From Alphaproteobacteria bacterium (GTDB lineage Bacteria; Pseudomonadota; Alphaproteobacteria; CALKHQ01): a stretch of 64,000 nt of DNA. Location: the NCBI GenBank assembly GCA_965227515.1, contig CBDDFZ010000001.1, positions 3,008,001 through 3,072,000 of the forward strand, in the 5' to 3' direction. Both the position numbers and the translations under genes were made by a program. Positions 8,999 through 20,300 of this stretch are shown piece after piece. Under the pieces are notes generated by a model. That model did not search any database and was not told the origin of the DNA. It was given only the letters and a program-made list of their open reading frames with translations. Positions within the stretch are counted from its first letter, which is position 1. Each line of letters opens with the position of its first letter.

Positions 8999-9946
8999 AT
9001 GTCGTCACGAGATGATATGGCGAAGATATTGACCGCGGGGCTGTGGCCGTTGCTGCGTGACTTGGGGTTCGAACGCATTCAGCGCCGTGTTTTCGTACGC
9101 CGGCAGGACCCCGTGCACTGGCTGGTGGGATTCAGTCACAGGAATTTCAGCTATTACGACATGACTGCTGTATATTACGTGGAAGTCGATAGACTACTGC
9201 AGAAGCTAATTCCTGAGCGCTTGAAGCACCGCTACAACAAGCCAGCGAAAGAATTCAAGCAACCCTGCCACTTCAAAACCATCATGTCGGCGCTGATCAA
9301 GCAGCAGAATAACTATCGTGAGCTGAAGCGGATGAGCGATCACAAGCCGCAGACTTGGCTTGAGAGAAAGCTGGCGCCCAAACCGGAGGAGTTCATTATC
9401 GGCCCGCCCGGCGTTATGCCACACGCGGAGATGCCGAAGCTGACCTGGATGCAACGAAAGTTCCTGCCCTATCTCCAATCCCGGCCAGAAGGCCAATTGG
9501 GGATGGTGCTAAAGAAGTATATTCCACACAAGCACAGCGGGTTTGATCCTTTCAGGCAGGACCCCGAACAGATGGCCATCGACCTGCGCGACCATTGGCG
9601 GGACTATTGCCTGCCTTGGCTGGAGGCATGTGATGACATGCGGTTTGCCTTGTCCCTGCCGTGGTATATGGGCATCGGCCAGCGGTTTGAGCCGGTGGTG
9701 ATGGCGTTCATGGTCGGCGATGAGGAACTGGCATCGCGAAAGATCGGGGCATGGCGGCGCATTGCGGAGATGACGGACGAGGAGCTGTTCGAGCGTCGAT
9801 ACAAAGCCTTGCGACGGACAGTACGCGATGAGAAAAAACGTGCCGCGCGAGCTCGCGCATCGGTTCAACCCTCCAAACAGTCCGGCAAGGAGATTTATGA
9901 AATCTTTCAGATCATAGCCGCTCACTTCGGTTGGCAGGATGTATGA
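8999..9946 (+). CDS. Hypothetical protein with a DUF4304-like N-terminus; candidate immunity or partner protein
   Basis: 315-aa ORF with a GAGG RBS, visibly more AT-rich than the flanks. The N-terminus LRDLGFERIQRRVFVRR resembles the DUF4304-type start. It is convergent on the toxin-like gene. Confidence 0.7.
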   Translation: MSSRDDMAKILTAGLWPLLRDLGFERIQRRVFVRRQDPVHWLVGFSHRNFSYYDMTAVYYVEVDRLLQKLIPERLKHRYNKPAKEFKQPCHFKTIMSALIKQQNNYRELKRMSDHKPQTWLERKLAPKPEEFIIGPPGVMPHAEMPKLTWMQRKFLPYLQSRPEGQLGMVLKKYIPHKHSGFDPFRQDPEQMAIDLRDHWRDYCLPWLEACDDMRFALSLPWYMGIGQRFEPVVMAFMVGDEELASRKIGAWRRIAEMTDEELFERRYKALRRTVRDEKKRAARARASVQPSKQSGKEIYEIFQIIAAHFGWQDV

Positions 9947-9986
9947 TCAACGGGCCTTTGCTTCAGTGAACAACGAACTCTAACCA

Positions 9987-12900
9987 CTACTCATCATCCG
10001 CGAGCTCGTGCAGCAACCTGGCGCTGGCCGACATGTTGATCATTATATAGAGGTCGATCACGGTCCATCGGTCGATGTTGAAGTGATAGTGCGCGATGAC
10101 ATCCCGCCGAATGGCGTCTTTCTGAACATCGGTCAGGCTGGCCCATTTTGGTCGTGACAGGAAATCGTCAAACAGGTCTAGGATTTCGTTTGTCGGGATA
10201 TCTCGCACCCGAATGCGGAAATAGTGGGCGCCTGCAATGATATCTGCGTCCTCGAGTAGTTCATCGATCCGTTCCTGTCGTGCGGTTCGGCTGCCGTCAA
10301 CCTTCGTCTCAATGGCGTTGAATACTTGCCGCTCGGCAAGTTCATCACTGAGCATCAGGAGTTCGTAAGCGCCACCGGCGTCGCTGGAAAGGCCGTCGGG
10401 TATGCGGGTTATGCCGGTGGTCTCATCGAAGACGCGTTGCTGGCGGACGATTGTGTTGGGCGGCAATTTTCCATCCAGTCGTGCCAAATCCTCAACCGTG
10501 ATGACATCGATACCCATGTCTTCGAACAACTTGAACAGGTGGTTCTCGCCAGCGGCACCCTTGATGTAGTTGTAGAGTCCGCCAATTCTATTTTGCATCT
10601 CCGGCGTGAACGTGTGCCAAGCCTGTCTGAAGTAGCGTTCGGGCGGGACTTCGCCGAATGGTTCCGTGCCGTGATTGTTCATCCAGTTGATATAAGTCTT
10701 CGCTCGGAATTGTCTGAAGCGTTCTGACCGACTGCCGACGCGAAATACCAGATGCTTTACCGCACGCGGGATGACGACTAGGCCAGTCACCGTTCCTGCC
10801 GCATCCAGCACCGCAAGGAGGCCGTTGCCCGCCGCGGCGGCCCAATCGCCCCGTTCAACTGCATCGGATATCGCTTCTATGTCCTCCGCCAACGCTTCGG
10901 CGGCGCGGGCGTTGCCGATGATCGGCAGCATGTCGAGGACCAGTTCGGTGACGAACTCGGTCGGGAATTCCATGTCCGGGTAGAGCGCCGGCAGCATCAG
11001 CCTGGAGGCTTGGTCCCAATCCAGTTCGCCGGCGTCGATGGCGGCCTGGATTTCCTCCGCCGCCGCGTACACGTCCTCGAGGGCGTCGTAGTTGCCGGCG
11101 CGGGCGAAGGATTCGGTCAGTTCGGCGGCCGCCTGCCACGCGTCGATCTCGCCGGTTTTCCATGCGGCGAAGGTGTCCAAGCGCTCACCGCCGTGGACAT
11201 CGAGCATGATGTCTTCGAGCGTTTCTGTTGGGGCAGAAATGATGGCCGTGCCGTTGCCATCCACGAACGCGGGATACTCGCCTTCAGCCGTCGGTTCAGC
11301 GATGGTGAAGCCAGTCGCGTCTGCGAAGCGGTCGCGCAACTCGTCGGCGCTCATTTGGCCGTGTTCGAGCTGCCGCGCGAACATCGCATGCGCGAACATT
11401 GGTGACAGCACGACCTGCGCGGCCCCGAGGCCGCGATCGCGCGCCTGTTGCCGATGTTCGACCGCGTCCTCCGGTCGGTTGGCGGCGTTGGCCTTGTTCA
11501 GCAAACCGGAGTGCGTGTCGATGACGCCTTGGACGAAGACATGCATGGGACGCAGCGGGTTATCGTCGTCGTCGAGTTCTTCGACGCGTGCAGCCAGCCG
11601 AGTTCTTGCCTCGGTCCACTGCTCTTGGTTTTCTGCAAACGTGAGCGCAAGGATATCGAGGGCCAGGCCGTGAACGAAGGCGGCTTCGTCTGGTCTGACG
11701 ATGGCGCTGCCGGGCGCGAGGGTCAGGACGCCGCCGTCAATGCCTGCCAGCGCGGCTCCGTTGGCGATGTCCCAGACGACGGTCTCGCCGTTGGCGCTGT
11801 TGGTGACGACGGCGAAGCGGCCTGACGGATCGATCAGGTCGCCTGCGTAGTGCGCACCGTTCTCGTCGGTGATCGGAGTATCGGCGTCTTCGTTCCAGAG
11901 TACGAATGTGCCTGCATCGTCGGCAATGCGCGTGCCCAGGTGATCCGATGGCGCAACGGCCAAGGCGTCCAGGTCGACGGTGTTTGCAATTGGATTGCCG
12001 GCCGTTTCGCCCCCACCATCGCCATCGAACAGGGCGTCGATGTCGCCACCGGTGTCGGCGAGTTGCATGCCGTCGATACGGCTGGCGAGGGACTCGGTGC
12101 CGTCTTCAGAATCGGAATCCGCGTTCGGACCGGAGGCCGCGCTCGGCCCCCAGAGCTGGGAGGCGAGGGCGGGGTTTTCGAGCGCTTCGACGAAGCGGTT
12201 GACGAGGGTGCGGCCCTGGTCGGTGACCTCCTCGATGGCGCGGGCGTTGCCCCAGAAGCGCGCCGGCATCATGTCGCTGGCAATGCGGGGAATGAGGTCG
12301 TTGATGAGATCGCGGAAGGCGTGCAGCGGGTGCTCCGGGTCTTGCGCCGCCGTGTGCAAAGACTGGGCGGCGTGCACGGCACCGGGGCTGCCGTGTAATG
12401 GCGCGTTGGCGATGGCGTCGACCTCGACCGCGGCACCAATGAGGGAGGCGATGCGCGCCGGGTTCAGCTCCGGGATCTTCAGCAGCGCGGGGTCGATGGC
12501 GACGGCGTCGCCCTCCAGCGTCGGCCAATAGTCGGCGGCGTCGACATCCCACAGGATGACCTCGCCGGTCGCGGTGTCGCGGGCGAGGCCGAAGGGCGGC
12601 GGGTTGACCCCAGTGCCGTGCTCCAGGCCGCGCGGGGTGGGCGCAGTCGACCGGTTGGCGGGGGCGGCAACGACGATGTAATGGCCGCCGTCGGGCGAAG
12701 CGACCGGCTTGTTGGCGTCCTCGTCCCAGGCCAGCATGGGGTTGGAGCGGGCGATACCGGCACCGATGGGTCGAAGGCCCGGGGTAGTGCGGGCATCGTA
12801 GTGCGGCAGCAGTTGCCACTGCGCGGCGGATTGCGCCCAGCGCGCGGCATCGCTGGGCGGGATCGTCACGTCGGGGTCGAACAGCACGCTGGCGCCGGCG

Positions 12901-13188
12901 ACCCGTCCATTGCCGTCGACCAGACGCTGGGCGGCGGGCCTGTTGGGTGTCGTAGGCCGGTCTGACCCCTCGTCCGGTGCTGGAGGTTCAGCCCGCTCCT
13001 GCGCTTCCGGCGTGTCAGGAGATTGGGACGAAGGCTTGGGCGGTTCGGCGGCGTCAAGCGTCTCGGTCGCCGGCGGCGCGGAAGCTGCGACACTGGCGCG
13101 CGGCGGCCGGGGCGTAGCGGGTGTTGGAGGCTGCTCAGGCGCATCCGCAGGGGGCACCGGCGCATAGGTGATTGCGGTTGACGCTCTA
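9987..13188 (-). pseudogene. 3' portion of an IS-interrupted polymorphic-toxin-like gene with a C-terminal PD-(D/E)xK nuclease-like domain
   Basis: 1056-aa open frame. Pre-toxin-like segment LVLDMLPIIGNARAAEALA...GDWAAAAGNGLLAVLD, followed by GAAGE...RIPDG...IETK...TARQ. Confidence 0.7.
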
Positions 13189-13202
13189 GGGCCTGTTGAG
13201 AT

Positions 13203-13589
13203 TCATCGCGAGTTTATGACAGCTGCTGCGAGATGGATGATGGCGTTGAAGCTTGTGTCGGTTTTGTCTGCACGCATGGCGATTCGCTTGAACTCTTTGA
13301 GTTTGCAGAAGAAGTTTTCGATCAGATGACGCCATTTGTACATCTCGGCGTCGATTTGCAGCGGGCTGGCGCGGCGCGGATGCTGGGATATGACGATCTT
13401 GGCACCGCGCTCGTTGAGGTCAGCAACGATGGCGCTGGTGTCGAACGCTTTGTCCGCGATCATCGCCTTGAAGGAGAGTCCGTCGATGAGCGGCGGCACG
13501 CCAACCGTATCGTAGCGATGGCCGGGCAGGAGCACGAAACGCACCAGATTGCCAAGCGCATCACACAGCGCGAGGATCTTCGTCGTCAT
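13203..13589 (-). CDS. IS5-family transposase OrfB (DDE C-terminal part), probably joined to OrfA by frameshifting
   Basis: GMTTKI, IADKAFD, YKWRHLIENFFCKLKEFKRIAMRADK motifs. An AAAAGGGGG slippery site lies on the minus strand at 13626-13634. Confidence 0.93.
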   Translation of the reverse strand: MTTKILALCDALGNLVRFVLLPGHRYDTVGVPPLIDGLSFKAMIADKAFDTSAIVADLNERGAKIVISQHPRRASPLQIDAEMYKWRHLIENFFCKLKEFKRIAMRADKTDTSFNAIIHLAAAVINSR

Positions 13590-13954
13590 CCCGCCCTTGG
13601 AGCGGCCGATGGCCTGGCTTTGAGTCCCCCTTTTGCGCCCTGGCCGTGGCGGTGCACCTTGACAATGGTGGCATCAACCATGGCGTATTCCATGTCCGGC
13701 TCGTCCAAGCAGGCCTCGAACAGCCGCACGAAGACGTCTGCTTTGACCCAGTCGCGGTATCGCTTAAAGACCGTGTTCCAAGGGCCAAAAGATGTCGGGA
13801 GATCACGCCACGGGCTGCCCGTACGCACCACCCACAGCACGGCTTCGACAAAGCGCCGGTTGTCAGCGCCACTGCGGCCCGGATCGCTCGGCTTGCCCAA
13901 GCAATGGGGTTCCATCTTCGCCCATTGGGCGTCACTCAGTACGAATCGTTCCAT
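13586..13954 (-). CDS. IS5-family transposase OrfA (N-terminal part)
   Basis: LSDAQW, DNRRFVEAVLW, GSPWRDLP, FGPWNTV and VDATIVKVH are typical IS5/IS427 N-terminal motifs. Confidence 0.93.
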   Translation of the reverse strand: MERFVLSDAQWAKMEPHCLGKPSDPGRSGADNRRFVEAVLWVVRTGSPWRDLPTSFGPWNTVFKRYRDWVKADVFVRLFEACLDEPDMEYAMVDATIVKVHRHGQGAKGGLKARPSAAPRAG

Positions 13955-14009
13955 CCGAAGCTTGAATCACAACCAAGCACGGAGAGGAATCCTGAATCTC
14001 AACAGGCCT

Positions 14010-14469
14010 TAGACGAGGCCTTCGTGCGCACCGTCGAACGCCATAGCGGTGCTGCGGGGATGCCCCATCGGTCGAGCGCTGCGTTGGCGGCATCGACCGC
14101 CTTGCCTGCCAGCGAGGTCGGTTCGGACTTGCCGGTGCGCTTGAGGTTCCGGCTGGACCGTTTTTGATCGTCTTGTGTATCGATACTGCCGGACGGCGGG
14201 GTGACCGCGGAGGGGCGGGTGCGCGCACGAGAGGGCGCCGAGGCCTGGTCGTGCGTCGTCGCCGCCTCATGGCTCAGCGACGTCACCGACCGGCGTGTTC
14301 TCCGCGTGCGCTGGCCGCTGGACGGCACTTGACTGGCGGTCGCGCCGCTGGATCGCGTGCGTCCGACATAGTTTTCGCTGTCGTCGTCGGCCTGGTCGAT
14401 CCGGACCGTGGTGCCGACCCGGTCTGGCCGTCGGCTGAGGTTGGAGAGCGCGAAAGGAAGTCTGGCCAT
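14010..14469 (-). pseudogene. 5' portion of the IS-interrupted toxin-like gene
   Basis: MARLPFALSNL...TKASS. Removing the IS and one TA copy joins it in frame (SS-RASTAITYAP-VPPADAPEQ) to the 9987-13157 ORF. An AT-rich promoter-like region lies upstream at 14480-14560. Confidence 0.8.
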
Positions 14470-14714
14470 GACGGGGGATCCATATAATGTTCGTGATATG
14501 TTTACTAATAATACCTATGATTGTCAATCTTGTTCGTTACTCTCGCCTATGTATGTGTGCGGCGACATGTTGAAGGCGACGGTTCGTATCGCGATCTGGC
14601 CGTGGCGCGTGCCACCTCGTATCTTGGGGTCCGTATCTTGGGCCCCGTATCATGCGGCTGGTATCATGCGGACTGCCGCCTACTGGCCGACCCGAACCGA
14701 AACGAGGACGTTCG

Positions 14715-15887
14715 ATGCTGCCCAATGCCCTGCCCGCGTTGAACTTCGCCCTGGGGGAGGCGGCCGACCTGTTGCGCGACAGCGTGGCGAGCTTCGCGTC
14801 CGACCGCATCGCGCCGCGCGCGGCGGAAATCGACCGCACCAACCAATTCCCGCGCGACCTGTGGCCGGAAATGGGGGCGCTGGGCCTGCACGGCATCACG
14901 GTGGAGGAAGCGGACGGCGGCGCCGGCATGGGCTATCTGGAGCACGCGGTGGCGATGGAGGAGGTGAGCCGCGCCTCGGCCTCGGTCGGGCTCAGCTACG
15001 GCGCCCACTCCAACCTCTGCGTCAACCAGATCCGCCGCCACGCGACCCCGGAACAGAAGGCGCGGGTGCTGCCGAAGCTGATCTCCGGCGAGCATGTCGG
15101 CGCGCTGTCGATGAGCGAGGCGGGTGCGGGTTCCGACGTGGTCTCGATGACGTGCCGGGCCACCCGCCGGGGCGACCGTTACGTGCTGAACGGCACCAAG
15201 ATGTGGTGCACCAACGGGCCCGAGGCTGACGTGCTGGTGGTCTATGCCAAGACCGATCCGGATGCCGGCAAGCACGGCATCACCGCCTTCCTGGTGGAGA
15301 AGGGGATGGCCGGGTTCTCGACCGCGCAGAAGCTCGACAAGCTCGGCATGCGCGGGTCGGACACGTCGGAGCTGGTGTTCCAGGACTGCGAGGTGCCGGC
15401 AGAGAACGTGCTGGGCCAGGTCGGCGGTGGCGTGGGCGTGTTGATGAGCGGGCTCGACTATGAGCGGGTGGTGCTGGCCGCCGGCCCGCTTGGCATCATG
15501 CAGGCGTGCATGGACCTGGTGCTGCCTTATGTCCACGAGCGCCAGCAGTTCGGCCGGCCGATCGGCGCGTTCCAACTGATGCAGGCGAAGATTGCCGATA
15601 TGTACACCACGATGAACGCGGCGCGCGCCTATGTGTACGCGGTCGCCCAGGCCTGCGACCGGGGCGAGACCACGCGCGCCGATGCCGCCGGCGCCATCCT
15701 CTATGCCGCGGAGCGGGCCACCTGGATGGCGCTGGAGGCGGTGCAGGCCCTCGGCGGCAATGGCTACATCAACGAGTTCCCGGCCGGCCGCCTGTTGCGG
15801 GATGCCAAACTCTACGAGATCGGCGCCGGCACGTCGGAGATCAGGCGCATGCTGATCGGCCGCGAGTTGTTCGAGCAGACGGCTTGA
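14715..15887 (+). CDS. ivd: Isovaleryl-CoA dehydrogenase
   Basis: [42 protein letters not shown] and [19 protein letters not shown] motifs. First gene of the leucine cluster. Confidence 0.95.
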   Translation: MLPNALPALNFALGEAADLLRDSVASFASDRIAPRAAEIDRTNQFPRDLWPEMGALGLHGITVEEADGGAGMGYLEHAVAMEEVSRASASVGLSYGAHSNLCVNQIRRHATPEQKARVLPKLISGEHVGALSMSEAGAGSDVVSMTCRATRRGDRYVLNGTKMWCTNGPEADVLVVYAKTDPDAGKHGITAFLVEKGMAGFSTAQKLDKLGMRGSDTSELVFQDCEVPAENVLGQVGGGVGVLMSGLDYERVVLAAGPLGIMQACMDLVLPYVHERQQFGRPIGAFQLMQAKIADMYTTMNAARAYVYAVAQACDRGETTRADAAGAILYAAERATWMALEAVQALGGNGYINEFPAGRLLRDAKLYEIGAGTSEIRRMLIGRELFEQTA

Positions 15888-15899
15888 GGGAGCAGGCGG

Positions 15900-16286
15900 G
15901 TGAGGGGTGAACGCATTTCTTCAGGGTCGTCGTTCGAGGAACTGGCCGGCTATGCCCGTGCGGTGGTCGACGGGCCGTGGGTCATGGTCTCCGGCACCAC
16001 CGGGTTCGACTACGCCGCCGGCACCATCGACGACGACGTGGTCGCCCAGACCCGCCAGTGCTTCCGCAACATCGCCACGGCCCTGGATCAGGCGGGCGCC
16101 AGCCTGGACGATCTGGTGCGCATCCGCATCTACTTGGCCGACGCCGCCGATTTCGAGCGGGTGGCGCCGGTGATCGGCGAGCACTGCCGCGCCGCGCGGC
16201 CGGCCAACACCACGGTGATCGCCCAACTTGTCGACCCCCGCATGAAGATCGAGATCGAGGTCACCGCTAGGCGCGGCTCCGATTGA
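15900..16286 (+). CDS. RidA/YjgF family protein
   Basis: GYARAV, VSGTTG, RPANT and MKIEIEVTA motifs. Confidence 0.9.
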   Translation: MRGERISSGSSFEELAGYARAVVDGPWVMVSGTTGFDYAAGTIDDDVVAQTRQCFRNIATALDQAGASLDDLVRIRIYLADAADFERVAPVIGEHCRAARPANTTVIAQLVDPRMKIEIEVTARRGSD

Positions 16287-16334
16287 CACCGCCTAATTGA
16301 CTTCGGGGCCAATCCCGAGTGCTATGCCCGCACC

Positions 16335-16937
16335 ATGGCCGACCCCATCGACTTTTACTTCGACTTTTCAAGCCCGTACGGATACCTCGCCAGCACCCGT
16401 ATCGACGAGGTCGCGGCCCGCCACGGCCGCACCGTGCATTGGCGCCCGATCTTGCTCGGCGCCGTGTTCAAGGTCTCCGGCGCCAGCCCGCTGATCGCCC
16501 AGCCGCTGAAGGGCGACTACGCCCGCCGCGACCTTGCCCGCCATGCAAGGCGCATGGGTGAGGGCTTCCAGTTGCCGGAGCCGTTTCCGTTCGCCGCCAT
16601 CGCCGTCTCGCGCGTGTTCTATTGGCTGGCCGGGGACGATCCGGAACGGGCCGTTGCCTTCGCCAAGGCGGTCTACAACAAGAGCTTCGTCGACGGCGCC
16701 AACATGGCCGATCAGGATCAGGTGCGCGCCACACTGTCCAGCGTGGGCGGGGACTACGATGCCGCCCAGGCGGCCCTCGCCGACCCGGAGGTCAAGAACC
16801 GGCTGCGCGTGGCGGTGGAGCAGGCCATCGAGATCGGGGTCTGCGGGTCGCCGTACTTCATTGTCGACGGGGAACCGTTCTGGGGCGTCGATCGCCTGCC
16901 CGACCTGGAGGCGTGGCTCGAAACAGGCGGGTGGTAG
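16335..16937 (+). CDS. 2-hydroxychromene-2-carboxylate isomerase / kappa-GST (DsbA-like) family protein
   Basis: [19 protein letters not shown] and [18 protein letters not shown] motifs. Confidence 0.9.
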   Translation: MADPIDFYFDFSSPYGYLASTRIDEVAARHGRTVHWRPILLGAVFKVSGASPLIAQPLKGDYARRDLARHARRMGEGFQLPEPFPFAAIAVSRVFYWLAGDDPERAVAFAKAVYNKSFVDGANMADQDQVRATLSSVGGDYDAAQAALADPEVKNRLRVAVEQAIEIGVCGSPYFIVDGEPFWGVDRLPDLEAWLETGGW

Positions 16938-16944
16938 GCGGCCC

Positions 16945-18537
<1,593 letters not shown>

Positions 18538-18542
18538 CCCTC

Positions 18543-19340
18543 GTGCCAAGCAATCTCGCAAGCGACCGTCTCATAATCGACCGGCGCGCCCACGGGGTGG
18601 TGGAGATCACCCTGAACAGCCCGGCCAACCACAACGCCTTCGACGAGCACATGATCGCGGCGCTGACCGCGGCTTTCGCCGGCCTGGGCGATGCGCGTGC
18701 CGTGCTGCTGCGCGGTGCCGGGAAGAGCTTCTGTGCCGGGGCCGACCTGAACTGGATGCAGCGGATGGCCGCCCTCGACCAAGCGGCGAATGAAGCCGAT
18801 GCCAGGCTGTTCGCGGCGATGCTGCTGACGCTGCGCCAACTGCCGGTGCCGACGGTGGCACTGGTGCACGGGGCCGCGTTCGGCGGCGGGGTCGGGCTGG
18901 CGGCGGCCTGCGATATCGCGATTGCGCATCGTGGCGCGAAGTTCAGCCTGTCGGAGGTGAAGCTCGGCCTGATCCCGGCGGTGATCTCGCCCTACGTGCT
19001 GGGGGCCATCGGCCCTCGCCATGCGCGCCGCCTGATGCTGACCGGCGAGGTGTTCGATGCCGCCACCGCGCTGCGCGTGGGGCTGGTCAGCGAGGTGGCC
19101 GACGACTTGGACGCCGCCCGCGACAGCATCGTCGACCTGCTGCTGCAGGCGGGTCCGGCGGCGCAAGCGGAGGTGAAGACACAGATCGTCGCCATGCAGG
19201 GCCGCACGGTCGATGACGCCACGGCCAGCGACACCGCGCGGCGCATCGCCGAGATCCGGGCGACGCCGGAGGGGCGCGAGGGCGTCAACGCGTTCCTGGA
19301 GCGGCGCCCGCCGGCCTGGCGGCCCAAGAGCGACAGCTAG
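18543..19340 (+). CDS. liuC: Methylglutaconyl-CoA hydratase (crotonase family)
   Basis: SFCAGADLNWM, GGGVGLAAACD and LSEVKLGLIPAVISPYV motifs, plus operon context. The GTG start is inferred. Confidence 0.88.
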   Translation: MPSNLASDRLIIDRRAHGVVEITLNSPANHNAFDEHMIAALTAAFAGLGDARAVLLRGAGKSFCAGADLNWMQRMAALDQAANEADARLFAAMLLTLRQLPVPTVALVHGAAFGGGVGLAAACDIAIAHRGAKFSLSEVKLGLIPAVISPYVLGAIGPRHARRLMLTGEVFDAATALRVGLVSEVADDLDAARDSIVDLLLQAGPAAQAEVKTQIVAMQGRTVDDATASDTARRIAEIRATPEGREGVNAFLERRPPAWRPKSDS

Positions 19341-19343
19341 ACC

Positions 19344-20300
19344 ATGCCCCGGCGCCTTGACTGGAGCCTGACCGTCTCGATTCTGATCCTGTTCCTGATC
19401 GCGGTGTCGACGGACTCCCTGTCGCCGGTCGACGAGCCGGCGGAGCGCATTGCCTTCGTGGCGGTCGTCTTCTTCTCCATGGCCGGGTGCATCGCCACCA
19501 TCTATCTCGCGTTCTCCCCGACCCAGCTCTTCACCCTGTCCATCACCGCCTTCCTGTCGCTCTACACCTGCATCTACGGCCTGATCGTCTCGGTCAATTT
19601 CCAGGGCATCGGGTTCTGGCCGCTGCTGGTCGGCTATCCGGTGCCGGTGGCCGCCTTCGTGCTCAGCATCTGGCGGCGGCGCCACCACATCCGCACCGCC
19701 GTGGCCGCGCGCAGCGAGGACATCGGGCCGAATACGCCGATCACCCCGTGGTGGCTGCCGGCCTATGTGGTCGTGGGCATCGCCACCTTCACCATTCCGT
19801 CGTTCGGGTTCGCTGAGAACGAGCTCAACTGGGTGTTCGTGGCCTCCATGGCCGCAATTGCCAGCATCGTCGTGTTCTCCAGCCGCGACAGCATCGTGGT
19901 GCTGCTGTCGACGGGGCGGGTGTTCGAGAACTTGTTCGGCCGGCTCGCCCGCATTGCGGTGCCGACCTTCGCGTTCCTGACCCTCTACCTGATCAACGTC
20001 ATCGTGTTCGGCGCGGTCTACAGGCTGCTGGGCCAGTGGGGCAACCAGGCCCATTTTGCCGTCGAGGGCACGCCGCAAACGCTCAGCTTTACCGACAGCA
20101 TCTACTTCTCGGTGGTCACCCTCAGCACTGTCGGCTACGGCTCCATCGTGCCGATCAGCGACACCGCGAAGATGATCGTGGCGGTGCAGATCGTGTTCGG
20201 TGCCGTTCTGGTGCTGGTCGGCCTGTCGGAAATCCTGGCCTACACCCGCGACCGGCGGCATGCCCACGACCACAAGGAAGGGCAGGGGCCCGATGCCTGA
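19344..20300 (+). CDS. Potassium-channel-family membrane protein (Ion_trans_2-like pore domain)
   Basis: Multiple TM segments, then a pore helix and filter: DSIYFSVVTLSTVGYGSIVP. Confidence 0.85.
   Translation: MPRRLDWSLTVSILILFLIAVSTDSLSPVDEPAERIAFVAVVFFSMAGCIATIYLAFSPTQLFTLSITAFLSLYTCIYGLIVSVNFQGIGFWPLLVGYPVPVAAFVLSIWRRRHHIRTAVAARSEDIGPNTPITPWWLPAYVVVGIATFTIPSFGFAENELNWVFVASMAAIASIVVFSSRDSIVVLLSTGRVFENLFGRLARIAVPTFAFLTLYLINVIVFGAVYRLLGQWGNQAHFAVEGTPQTLSFTDSIYFSVVTLSTVGYGSIVPISDTAKMIVAVQIVFGAVLVLVGLSEILAYTRDRRHAHDHKEGQGPDA

Larger units (their letters stand above)
13189..14009 (-). mobile_element. IS5-family (IS427-like) insertion sequence, ~820 bp
   Basis: 16-bp perfect terminal inverted repeats: GGCCTGTTGAGATTCA (13190-13205) and TGAATCTCAACAGGCC (13993-14008). 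TA (or TAG) target duplication. The empty site is CTAG. Confidence 0.95.

Noticed and set aside
13233-14012. 259-aa plus-strand ORF spanning the IS
   Set aside because: It is the antisense frame of the transposase, with no independent evidence.
8700-14500. Prophage or integrative element
   Set aside because: No integrase, phage structural genes, att-like tRNA end or conjugation genes are present. The only clearly mobile part is the IS.
16534-16944. Long N-terminal extensions in the ORF track (liuB, also msrB, liuD, hydA, 43781-44338 and the ABC ATPase)
   Set aside because: They overlap upstream genes or repeats. Downstream starts fit family lengths and operon coupling better.
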